Under the pieces are notes generated by a model. That model worked only from the letters and a program-made list of their open reading frames with translations, was not told where the DNA came from and searched no databases. The position numbers and the translations under genes are program-made. From Selaginella moellendorffii (lineage: Eukaryota; Plantae; Lycopodiophyta), in contig NW_003314266.1 of assembly GCF_000143415.4 (NCBI RefSeq), positions 1,138,463-1,202,462 of the forward strand: a stretch of 64,000 nt of DNA, read 5' to 3'. Of the stretch, positions 22,585 to 33,905 are shown one piece after another. Position 1 is the stretch's first letter. Each line of letters opens with the position of its first letter.

Positions 22585-25124
22585 TTACACGGATGGACGG
22601 CCGAGATGCTCCGCGATGAAGGGGACCAGCCCCGCGAGCAGGGCTCCAGGGCATTCTTCCGGCGGGAGGTGGCCGCAGCGAGGAAGCGCGATGAATTTCT
22701 AGATGGGCGACGATCGATCGATCGATAAGTGGAGGAAAGGCAGAGAAATTGATTGATGCTTACCGATTTGGAGAGCCGGGACGCGAGATCTTGGACGGCT
22801 TGGAGAGGGACGAGCATGTCTTGCATCCCGGCCACCAGCAAAGCCGGGAGGTTTTGCACGGCACGAAGGAGCTCGGGAGTGACTTGCTCGCTGCTGGATG
22901 AGAACTTTTGCGATTCCAGTGCTTGGCGATCCCATCCCTCGACACGGAGGGGTACCTGGATCGATGTATACAATCATGGAAATCTTTTGATCAAGTTCGA
23001 ATTTTTCCTCATACCTTGTAAAGTTCCATCACTTCGGAGGTAAGCTTGGAAGCATCGTGCCAGGCATGGCGACTCGCCATCTCCGAGCACAGCAATGGCC
23101 GGAGTATGTGCCGTCCCAAAGAAGTGTGGAGCAAAACTCGAGCAAATGGCGATATCACCTCTCTGGAGGAGCTCACCGCGATCAAAACCACACCTTTGAT
23201 CACCACCTTCATCGCAGAAATGAAAATCCATGAGATGATCCAACTATAGTGGCTTGAAGCTTACCCGCGTTGAGCTTGGAGATTTCAAGATCTTGGCAGC
23301 TGCCATAAGAGCGAGCAATCCACCGTCGTCGTGACCAACGAGCACGACCGATGAGAATTTTAGTTGCTGGCAAAAGCTCAGCAGCAAATCCACCTGCGAG
23401 CTCTCATCAGAGAAATCAAACAAGCAAGAACAACAGAACAAACTCTTTTTTTTTTTTCTAGACGACGATGAATAGAACACTCACTTGTGACTGGAGCTCG
23501 TAAGGATTGGGAAGACCATCTTTGTCACGGCCACCATTTTTGCCCGGCCGGCTCGTCAGTCCCCAGCCAGGCCGATCAAACGCAGCAACACTGTGGCCGG
23601 TTTGTCGAGCTAGCGGAGCCATTACATGCCTCCACGAGAAGACACCACCTCCAAAACCATGCACCAAAACTATTCCTTTGGAGCTCGAATCTCCCGGATC
23701 AATGTCCACAATATGTTCTTCTCCTCCTCGATCACACCATCCAGAAACTTTGGACGGCAGGCTCAACGAAGAGCTTAGAAACAGTGGCTTTGATCCTGGA
23801 AATGGTAAGCTTGCACTCCTCGACAGCGATTTCGATCGAAAACTTCTCTGGTCTCTCGGCCATCCCTCGCAAAGTCTGAAGTGCAAGTGCAAGCCTTTGC
23901 AGAGCATGAACTTGCTGTTAACGAGCAGCGGCGACTGCTCGTCATCCTCGTCGCTCTTCCCGAGCTTTTGGAAGATCGCCGTGGATCGAAAGCGCTTGCC
24001 GCGCCTGAGCTTGACGATATATTTACAAAAGAAATTCTGCCAGGATCAAGGAAAGAACTTTAGATCATGGAGAAGAGAACTTAGAGAAAAGCTGGAAAAA
24101 GAGGAAGATGTGATCAACAGAAAACTTACAGATTCTTCATCTCCCTGGGGAAATGATTTTTTCTTTGCCTGGCAGCTTGTCCTGTATGCTGAAACTCCAT
24201 GCCCCAAGGCACACGCGAATGATGAAGCGAAGAGCATCACCACTCCAAATCTAGCGCTGCTAGTAGTGCTGCTCCAGAGTGATCCTGCTGGTGGTGTTCT
24301 TCTTGGTGTGGAAGACGATGATGAGAACACGGCGAAAAAGAGGCACGCCTTGACAGCCACAAGCGCTGCCGAGCTCAGTCCCAGCAGCGCGGCGATCATG
24401 AAGTAGGCCTCGCATCGCACTCCTCCAAGAGCGTACGCGGCTGGCGGAGGAAGAACACCAAGGGAATGATTTGTTAGCGATAATCGACATGAAGAACACG
24501 AAAGAGAGGACTGACTGACAAGACGAGGAGCACAAATCGTAAGGACACAAGGACGCCACTGACACAAACACGGCCGAGAAAAGCGAGAATTTATATACAA
24601 AGCCTCGCCAAAGAAAGAAGTTCCAGAGATGGAGATGATCCACGCGAGAAGTTGACAAGAGCACGAAATCCCACGCAAAAGTCGGAAGAACAGACACTCG
24701 GACAAACGCAAACGCTAAGAAAACTTGGATGAAAAAAATCGCCAACTTTACTAGACAAGCACGGTCGAAGAACAAAGAAGTGCGAGTTAAAACACGCGAC
24801 ACCGACAAAAAACTAGAAACCAACAACGAAAGGGACCGAGAGAAAGGTGGAAGACTTACAGATTATAGCGAAGGATCTGGCAATGGAAACGATCAAAATG
24901 TCGAGGAGCGACGAGCGAAAATCGTAGGATCCAAAGGATGATCGCTTCTCCAAGTCGAGCGTGGAGAGGATCACGCACGGGATCCCTACGTCGAGCAGCG
25001 CCAGCAGCAGTGGAGTGGAGGAATGTAGCAGCAGCGATCCGACCATGCTTGTCATGAAGAACAGCGTTTTCACTCCTCGCTTCCATCCTTCCAGACGTCT
25101 CCGGAGAAAAGCCATACCTTTCAT
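22585..25124 (-). CDS. Membrane-anchored alpha/beta-hydrolase (plant family with GHDDG elbow), multi-exon
   Basis: N-terminal KTLFFMTSMVGSLL..YDFRSSLLDI; IVLVHGFGGGVFSWRHVM, AFDRPGWGLTSRP, VVLVGHDDGGLLAL, CGHLPPEECP. GT-AG introns. Confidence 0.9.
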
Positions 25125-26303
25125 TGGATCGCGAAAGCTCTCTGCGTCGAGTAGCCACCTTTTACGGAGAATCCTCCTCCATAGCCACACTTTGCTCCTT
25201 TCGATCGAATTCCTGGCTCCGAATCTTCCTGTCCAAATCGATGTCTCTTGGAAGCGTGATCGTTTTCGAGCAAAGAGAGAAGATGGTGGAAGGAGGAGAC
25301 AATGTAGGCAAGGCCAGGCGAAAAACAAAGAAAAAGAAGAAAGAGAGGAAGTGGTTTTGTGACAAGTACACTGTGAGGAGGATCGATCCAGTAGCACGAA
25401 AGAGGTCGCTCGCTATCGAGCCACAAAGTGGGGAGGGAAAGAAAAAGGGCAGAAAGAAAGAACTAAGAACAACGGCCTAGCCTATACCTCATAAGATCGA
25501 TCAAATCGGCGAAGTGGGCTCCTCGGACTAGCGCTCAAGCTAGGATTTTGGATCGATTCTCGGGGACCCAATGTGGGGCGACGCCGATCCGACGCGACCC
25601 AAGAGCGCGATTCGGGCCGATCCGCCCGGATCGAAGCAGCTGCCAGAGCTCCTCTCTCGGTTACTGCGTAGCTCTTCACTCAAGCCTTCCATTTCTCGTC
25701 TTTTCACTGGGCGCTTCTCCAGATTTTCCAAAAACTTGGAACGTTTGCTACGCAACAAAAGCGAGAGAGCCTGGCACCAAAAATCGAGGAATGGGGGAGG
25801 AAAGATTCGCCCCCAAAAACAGAGGTCTTCCCCTCAGCTGGGAATGGCAAGATTCGCTCAAACAGCCATATTCCTTTCACACAAAAGGAGCAAAAGAGAA
25901 TGGAAAAGGGGAAAGATCGCACTGGACGCCATAGCCGAGAGCTGCTAGCTAGGTGCAAGAGCTTCGATTTCTTCTTTTTTTGTTTAGTCTTGGTGGATAT
26001 GATCGTGTACTTGGTGGATCGCGCTGGCTGGAGCTTCCACTCACTCACAGCGTCGAAAATCTCTTCCTCCTCTTTTTTAATCGCAGTAGCCTCCAATTCC
26101 AAAATCCCTGCAGTGTGGATTCGCGGACACGATCATGAGGCAAAACATGCCCCAAATGATTGGAGCCAAAACAACCGCCCTGCGCTGGACACGATTCGAT
26201 CACACGACCAAAGTGTTTTTAAATAACACGAATATTTTGGAATCTTATTGGACAGAATATGCTCCCGCATCTTTTGCTGGGTTTGAAAAAAGCAGGCAAT
26301 TCG

Positions 26304-27527
26304 CTAGCTTGCTGCTTCTTCGTCTTCGTCGTCTTCGTTCTTCGGCGGCGCCACCGCCGCCCCCGCCATCCCCGCCAGCGGCGTAAGCTCCACCGAGATC
26401 TCCGTGATGAGCGATCGATTGTCCTCGTCCACGCTGAGCGAGAGCTGATCCACCGGGATCGCCCCCCACGAATTGAGCCGCCCGACCACCTTCATCGATC
26501 CGCCCCGCCGCAGCGCCGCCTCGAGCACGCCGATGGCGTCTTTGATCGGCCGGACCACCAGCATCCACTCGCCCACGCTCACGCAGCAGGCCGTGACCAG
26601 GAACCGCAAGAACGCCACCACTTCGTGCTTGCCACTCCGGTGCTCCGCCAGCGCCGAGGACGAGAGGCCGAGCAGCAGGACGTGGAGAGGGACGAGCACC
26701 ATCACCACCGTCAGGAGGCCATAGACACGGATCTGGAGCCTCCTGTTGATGACGAGCAGCACCATCTTCCAGCCCAGGAACAAGAAATACGCGACGTAGC
26801 ACACGCTGAAGATGCTCGTCGCCACCGTGCTGAGGAGTGGAACCCGGCAAGCCGCCACGAATCTCGTCGCCGTGATCGTCGTCGTGGAACCGCCACCATC
26901 GCCGCCGCTGCTGCTTGTAGTCCTTGTTCTCGTCTCGTTCACGAACGCCATGGTGAACGACTTTGGAATGGCGCCTCGGAATCCTTCGTCCTGCTCCGCA
27001 AAACTTGAAAAGCTCGAGTACTCGATCGCCGGGACGATGAACACCAGGAAGAGCTGGACCAGGACCGCTGGCAAAGCGAGGAGAGCGATGAAGACCACGG
27101 AGCGGTGCCGCCACCTTCGTCGCCCCATGAAGCTGAATGGATCACTGCGGAGCGACTGGCGGATCAGGAAGAGCGCTGCTAGGAAGAAGCCCGGCTCTGC
27201 AAATCCCAGCGTCAAAAGCACGTAGCTCCGGCAGACGTTGGCTTGTTCTTGAAAATCGAGGCCATGGAAAGCCCAGCCTCGGTTCCGGAGAATCGGGAGT
27301 CTCAGTAGCTCCAGCAGCAGCCACAGTGCTCCCAGGCTGCTCAGCAAAACTCTCAGCAGCCACGGGGAGTTGAACTCCCGGAGATGACGAACGTTGAAGC
27401 CTCGACCATGGATGATCTTGCGTCGAAAGCTGAATACGTAGACTATACATGCAACCCCCAATCCGGAGAGACAAACCAGCAGCACCAAAGTCACGATCTG
27501 GAGGGCTTCCTCGCTGCTCAGGGGCAT
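26304..27527 (-). CDS. Conserved plant multi-pass (~7 TM) membrane protein of unknown function, intronless
   Basis: 407-aa ORF from ATG 27527 with about 7 hydrophobic segments. Motifs FNSPWLLR, LGFAEPGFF, CRVPLLST, VINRRLQIRVY, LVVRPIKDA. Confidence 0.85.
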   Translation of the reverse strand: MPLSSEEALQIVTLVLLVCLSGLGVACIVYVFSFRRKIIHGRGFNVRHLREFNSPWLLRVLLSSLGALWLLLELLRLPILRNRGWAFHGLDFQEQANVCRSYVLLTLGFAEPGFFLAALFLIRQSLRSDPFSFMGRRRWRHRSVVFIALLALPAVLVQLFLVFIVPAIEYSSFSSFAEQDEGFRGAIPKSFTMAFVNETRTRTTSSSGGDGGGSTTTITATRFVAACRVPLLSTVATSIFSVCYVAYFLFLGWKMVLLVINRRLQIRVYGLLTVVMVLVPLHVLLLGLSSSALAEHRSGKHEVVAFLRFLVTACCVSVGEWMLVVRPIKDAIGVLEAALRRGGSMKVVGRLNSWGAIPVDQLSLSVDEDNRSLITEISVELTPLAGMAGAAVAPPKNEDDEDEEAAS

Positions 27528-28644
27528 CACCCGATTGATATCTCTCGCGAATTCTACACTGCATGCTGTTGTGACCACCGCAAAGTCGTCGTCCTACTAG
27601 CACTGCCGCCGCCGATGACGATACCACCAACACCACCGCTGCTGATACCACCACTGCTGCTACTGCCTGTTCTTCTCCTCCAAAAAATCCTCCTGGCTGC
27701 TCCAATTCTTCCCAGCTTCATTCGTTTCTAATCCATAGCCTCGCTTGCTTCTACCTCGGCCGACGAAGAACTCGAACTAACTATGCTTGTCCTTTGCGGA
27801 AATTCCCAGCCAGCGCTTGTCGAGCTGCCTTAAATGTGACGAGCGAGAGAACGAACTCCTGTGAGATCCTTATCCGGAAAACTGCTCCAATTTCCCCCTC
27901 TCTTCAATCCTCCCGGCCAAAGAAATCTTTCTTCTCTTCTCTCTCTCTCTCTCTTCCTCGCTCTCTCTCACCTCGCGAAGAAATAAATCCCTGGGCGCGC
28001 GAATTCCACCGCTCTCTCGCCTGGAAACGGGACCCTGGATATGGATTGAGCCGCTTACCCGCACCGATAGGGAGGGAGACGACGATTCTTGCTCGATCGA
28101 TTGCGGCGGCGCGAGCGCCGAGAATGCAATCGCAGCGCGCAGCTCCCTGGATTGACAAGAATGATCGGCGCCGCTGTGTGGAGCTCTTCTAGCCCTCGTC
28201 AAGCTCCAGCTAGTTGTTCGTCGTGGTCGTCTTTGCTGTGAATCCGTGCATACTTCGTGGGGAGTATCGCAGAAAACCGATGGAGGCCGTCCGGCCGTAC
28301 CGCGGGTGACCGGCTCACTGCCTACCTGGGCAAATGAACCGGTGGCTAGTGTACGGCACTACCGGCTACAGCCCGTGGGACCCGCCTGGGTGGCGGACAG
28401 GCTGGCGACAGACGTGGTCGTGCCGTACGCGCGCTTTTTTCGTACTCGCGAGCATCGGCCGCCGGCAAGACGGAATGTGCTGCCGGCAGAATATGCTTTG
28501 CCGCCATTGAATATGCTTGTCGTGATCAGGCGGTATCACGAGAAGCACAAGTTTCGTCGCTGTCTTGATCGATCGAGACGATCGCTTTGATACTTTTGCT
28601 AGTTGCCTGCAGCGATTGAGTCGATCGTGAAGCACAGGAGGAGA

Positions 28645-30469
28645 ATGCTGGACGAGGAGGAGGGAGATTTTGAGCTTGCGGTGCCTCAACGCCCTCGGCA
28701 AGGGAGAGGCGGAGGAGGAGAAGAAATGGCGAAGAGCGACGCCACTCCATCGCGGTGGAAAGCCGCATTGCTGCTCGTCTTGGCAGTGGCGGGTTTAGGG
28801 TTCTTCGCAGCTGCTACTAGCACGGCGGGAAGAATCGGCAGCCGGCGGTCCCTCTTGGCAAGGCCTGGCGATAATCGCGACGTCGATCCCTTCATCGTCT
28901 CGGCCTGCCACGGCACGCGCTATCCGGAGGTATGCGTCTCATCCATCGCCGCGGATCCCCGGTCCAGGCAGGGATTCACCTCTCCCGACCAGATAATCTC
29001 GCTCGCGATCGATCTGGCGTTGCAATCGTCCTCTCGCAGCTTCAATCTCACAGCCGGGATCCGTGATCGCGCCGGGGGCAACAAGAATCTCACGGCGGCA
29101 TCGAGCGATTGCGTCCAGGTCCTTGGTTTTGCGATCAATCGCTACGAGAAGCTCCGGCGATTGGGGCTATCGATCGCGGTGGTGAAGGATTTCGAGGCCT
29201 GGTTGAGCGGCATTCTAGCCTATCAGTACGATTGCTTCTCGGCTCTTGGCTACGTGAATTCCAGCACAGAGGTCCAGAGGGTGATGCTCCAGGTGAACGC
29301 CGGAATGGATTTGATCAGCAATGCCCTCTCCATGGCCGATGCTTGGGCTCTCTATGGAGACAACGTTTCAAGCTGGAAGCCACCTCCTTCCAAGCGAGAG
29401 CTCTCGCTTGGAAGAACTCGAGGAGGAGAAGTTCCAGTGGAAGATTTGCGTCCATCAAGCTGGATCCAGCTTGAGCAGCAGCGTAAATTCTCGGTGGTGG
29501 TTGGCAAGAGTGGAAGTTTCAAGACGATCCAGGAGGCCATCGACAGCGCTCCAAGCAATAGCAAGGAGAGATTTTCCATCTACATTCAAGAGGGGATTTA
29601 CGACGAGCGCATTTACGTCTCTGACTCCAAGACCATGATCATGCTCGTGGGTGCCGGTGCGAGGAAAACGATCATCTCCGGCAACAATTACGTCCGCGAA
29701 GGCGTGACAACCATGGATACTGCCACAGTGTGTAAGTTCCTTTACAGACATTTTGTTCTTCTTTTATGAGCTGATTTTTCTCGTTGTTTCGTTCTCTTTT
29801 CTAGTGGTTGCTGGAGATGGATTTGTTGCTCGGGACCTGACAATTCGGAACACAGCCGGTCCCGAGCTTCATCAAGCGGTGGCACTCCGGATCAATTCAG
29901 ACAAGGCAGTCATCCAGTCGTGCACCCTCGAAGGCTACCAGGACACGCTCTACTCTCACACAAACAGGCACTACTTCGAGAATTGCACCATAACTGGCAC
30001 CGTCGACTTCATCTTTGGCAATGCCGCGGCCTTCTTCTCCAACTGTAAGCTCGTTGTCCGTCCTGGACGAACGGGTGTCTATACCAGCATGGTCACCGCT
30101 CATGGAAGGATCGATCCCGCTCAAACAATTGGATTCGTGTTCCACAAGTGCTCCGTCGAGACCTCGGAAGAATTTTCGGGTGGAGCACCGAAGAAACTGC
30201 ACGTGTACTTGGGGAGGCCTTGGAAAATGTTCTCGAGAGCGGTCTTCCTCGACTGCTACCTCTCAAGCTCTGTGGATCCGCAAGGCTGGCTGGCCTGGAA
30301 GGGAGACTTCGCTCTTGATACACTGCTCTTCGCCGAGTACGAAAGCTATGGTCCTGGTGCTGATGCGAGCCACAGAGTTCCCTGGTCGACACAGCTAAAT
30401 CCTTCACAAACTTCGGCATACTCCGCTCAAGAATTCATCCAGGGCGATGGCTGGATTCCCAAGCCATGA
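28645..30469 (+). CDS. PME: Type I pectin methylesterase with PMEI pro-domain (one intron 29732-29804)
   Basis: TM anchor, PMEI (ACHGTRYPEVC, AWLSG..QYDC), PME motifs GSFKTIQEAI, HQAVALR, GYQDTLY, GTVDFIFG, YLGRPWK. Confidence 0.96.
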
Positions 30470-30747
30470 AGGATTCATATTGGAAGTCTCGAAATATCGG
30501 CTTGTTGGAGCTGCAAAAAGGTACTTCGGCCGATAGTTTTTTCTAAAGATTCCTTTGAGATTTGCAAGCTATCGTCTTTGGCTGGATCGTGCTGCTGCTT
30601 TAGGGACAGAGAGACAGCCACCTTATGCGAGCACGGCTCGCCACTTCCACCCGAAGTTCCACGTACTTGATGCCGAGAAGAAGAAGCTCATGGAAACTTT
30701 GGAAACTCATGCATCGAGTTTCCGAAAGAATGTATTGCCTGGACTTA

Positions 30748-31893
30748 CTAGAGAATTTTTTCTTGCACCAAGCCTTCAAAGATGGGGAGATCCTTCATCT
30801 CCTCGAACGAATCGTTCCGGCAGCAAAACTTCTGCGGGACTAGCGCTGAACTGGCTGCAACTTCTTCAAATGCTTGAACCATCTTCACGAAGTAGCTATG
30901 CCTGCAATACAGCCATCAAGCAAAAAGAAGAAGAAGAAACAATCTCTTGAAACTGTTCTTACCATCGAGTATCCGATGTTAGCTCCGGATGAAACGCAGT
31001 GCCTAAAAAGTTTCCTTGTCTCACCGCGACCGCGACCCTTCTTCTCGTAAACATTTCTCCCTGTGAAAGTTCCATGCGAAGAAAGAGATCTTTCAGCTTC
31101 TAAGGCAATGGAAATTTTGTACCTCGAGCGAAGGTGGAGCGCTGAAAGACGGCACTTCACAGTCCGCTATCTGTTCTACGGAAGATCCAAACTCAACGAT
31201 GGCAGGAGCACGAATAAAAACTGCACGGCACCTTGGAGGACCGCCTTCGCTCGCCGCCAGAGCCGGAACAGCGAGCTCCGTCTCAAAACTATTCACCTGG
31301 ATTGATTTTTGAAGAGCTCAAGGATCAAAACTATGCGTCTAAGAGAGAAAAAAAACTAGTACCTGGCTTCCAAAGAAATTCCTATGAACTGTACAGTCTA
31401 GTCCGCCCAGAAGCTCTTGTCCTCCATCCTTTAGCCCTGTGGAGAGAAAGTTACAGAAAGCCTTGATAGTCAGAGAACGAAGAACAAAAGTACCGGTAGC
31501 TCGGTCTGCTAGAAAAATAAGTCCAGCGCAAGTCCCCCACATCGGCTTTCCAGACGTCGAGAAATCCTTAAGCGCTGGAAACTACAAAGCAAGCAAGCAA
31601 AGCAAATATTTCCTTTTGTTCTCTAGAACTGGTTTAGAAGCGATGGAAGAACTCACGAGATTGTATTGATTGGCGAGCTTGGCCATTGTGGTGCTCTCGC
31701 CGCCGGGAATTATCAGCCCCGCGAGCCCTTCCAGCTGATCCGCCTTTCTCACTTCGATCGCATGCACGCCCAATCTCCGCAGCGCTGCGCCGCGCAATCG
31801 ATAAGAGCGAGCGGCATTTTGGAACTAGAGATGCTACAAACCTAGAACGTGTTCGTGGAAGGAGCCCTGGAGAGCGAGCACGCCAATAGCCAT
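30748..31893 (-). CDS. PDX2: Pyridoxal 5'-phosphate synthase glutaminase subunit (7 exons)
   Basis: Spliced exons read [15 protein letters not shown] / [11 protein letters not shown] / MWGTCAGLI / VHRNFFGSQ / AVFIRAPAI / [14 protein letters not shown] / HSYF..DLPIFE..*. Cys-His-Glu triad intact. Confidence 0.95.
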
Positions 31894-32187
31894 AGGTCAC
31901 GGTGACCTAAACAAATTCCTAAATGTAAAGAATTTTGCCGTCTATTTGCCTTTTGAAATTGCAAAAAAGCCCCAAGAGCATTTCAAATGAATATTCTGTT
32001 TGTAAGGAAAATTTTGAGTTTGCCTTGTTTTAGGGGTAAGGCATGATTCAATTGATAAAGCAATAGTAAAAGTGTACCTATAAGTAAGCATTTTGAGTTG
32101 ATTGTGACCATCTAAGAGTTTTGAGTTGATTTGATGATCGGAGATTAAACAATACATAATATGTTATTGCAGGGTCGAGACAATAGT

Positions 32188-32272
32188 GCCACGTCAGGAC
32201 CACGTAGAATGTCACCGGGCAGGTATTGTGCCACGTGGAATATTTTTATATTTGTAATTTTCTTTAGGGTTT
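32188..32272. promoter_or_regulatory. Three ACGT/G-box elements and a telo-box in the divergent PDX2/CSA intergenic region
   Basis: gccacgtca 32188, ccacgta 32200, gccacgtgg 32230, ttagggttt 32264. Confidence 0.5.
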
Positions 32273-32286
32273 ATGGTGTGGCGCCA

Positions 32287-33855
32287 ATGTGGAGTGGTCT
32301 TCGAGAGCGCGAGCTCGGGGCACCGCCATGGCGCTACGCTGCTTCTGTTCGCCGGATGAGATCTCGCGCATTGGAGCTGTGCAAGACCAAGGATGTGATT
32401 TCGTCTGGCAGAGGCGCTGTGAACAGCTTGCAGGTATTTCTTTCACAGTTTGAAAATTACTGTGTAAATCTTGTGCTAGATTGATCCCGTGGAAGCTAGA
32501 TATATGCTTGCTGGCAATGGAAATGGATCGATCAGTGTCTATGACATATCACAGCCAACGACGGTGGAGCATTACTCTCAAAAGCACGAAGCTCTCTTTT
32601 CTATGGACAAAGCCCATAGGTACTGCGTTTCATCAGTTCGATGGTATCCAGTGGACACTGGAATTTTTATCTCTGGCTCGTTCGACAAGCATATAAATGT
32701 TTGGGATGCAAACACTCTCGAGGTTGGAGACCTTTTCTTTGTTGGTATCTGATTCACTGAATCGTTCTTTTGTAGGTGCTGATGCAATCCAAAATGCCAG
32801 GAAGGTTTTCGGTGTAAGCATGTCACCCGTTTCTACGACTCACATGCTTATAGCTACAGGCACGGAGGACTATCGCATAAGGCTTTGCGATATATCTTCT
32901 GGTGCTTTCACCCATGCCCTTAGCGCTCACCGAGGTATTCGAGATTGTGTTTGTCCCTGCAAAACGTTTCCTGTACTTGCAGATGCTGTTTGGGCGGTGA
33001 AATGGTCTGCATCTTCCGAATGGATTTTAATTTCCGGAGGTTGTGACGGTGCGATCCGGTTGTGGGACATAAGACGTGCGGGTTGCTTCTATGTTCTTGA
33101 CCAGCATCGTTCTTCTGCTTCTCAGGAAGGCAATTGTTTCCTTCTCGTTCTCTTTTGTTCTGTCTTTTTTTTTAAGCCACTGAACTTCGGCTAGACTTCG
33201 GCTCTGGACCGTTCCACGGCGCACTATGGCACAGTGACATCGCTCCAGACGGACACTACCTTCTTAGTGCGGGTACGGCTTCGTTTGTTTTGTTTCTTTA
33301 CTTTCGAAAATCATAAGAACAAAATGTGCCAGGCAGTGATTCCAGAGTCAAGCTATGGGACATAGAAATACTCTTGTGAATTACGAGCCAACAAACATAA
33401 ACGGAAATCTGACGTGCGAACTTGAGGTCTCTGGAGACAAGCCACTGGTGTTCGTTCCATGTCTAACCTCGATACAGGTACGACGTATCCTATCCTTCTA
33501 TTCGGAATAATTCTCTATTCTCAGGTGTACGATATGTTGAGCGGTCGCTTGCTTTCCACCTTAAAAGGACACTACGAACTTGTAAACTGTTGTGCTTATC
33601 ACAGTCAATCACAGGTATGATATCGTCTCTCTGTTTCCTCGAGAAGCTATACTTTTGTTTCTCCCAGGAACTCTACAGTGGAAGCAATGATCGTAGAATA
33701 CTCGTCTGGTCTCCAAAACAGTCGGCTTTCCAGGTGAGCGCAGCATCTTTGTGGTGAAAAACAGGAGATATGGATGCGATTTTGTCTTTCAGGACGAAGC
33801 TCTAGGAACTATTGCGGCTCAAGTGCAAGCCGACGAGGACAATTGGAGCGATTGA
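32287..33855 (+). pseudogene. CSA: CSA/ERCC8-like WD40 gene with apparent frameshifts
   Basis: MWSGLREREL..AVNSLQ|IDPVEARYML, WYPVDTGIFISGSFD, THMLIATG..RLCDISSGAFTH, GCDGAIRLWDIRRAG, ELYSGSNDR, C-terminal DEDNWSD*. Frame breaks near 32800, 33245 and 33366. Confidence 0.8.
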
Positions 33856-33905
33856 CTAAAACTACATTGAATTCAACTCTTATTTGGCCTCTCGTTTTAG
33901 GTCTC

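Noticed and set aside
17046-30419. Many long overlapping/antisense ORFs (e.g. 17046-17909, 21458-22282, 23507-24406, 26245-27114, 26259-27008)
   Set aside because: Expected by-products of GC-rich codon usage in real genes; no recognisable motifs.
30555-30950. Plus-strand ORF with a vague calponin-homology-like look ([17 protein letters not shown])
   Set aside because: It overlaps the last exon of PDX2 on the minus strand, which explains the sequence.
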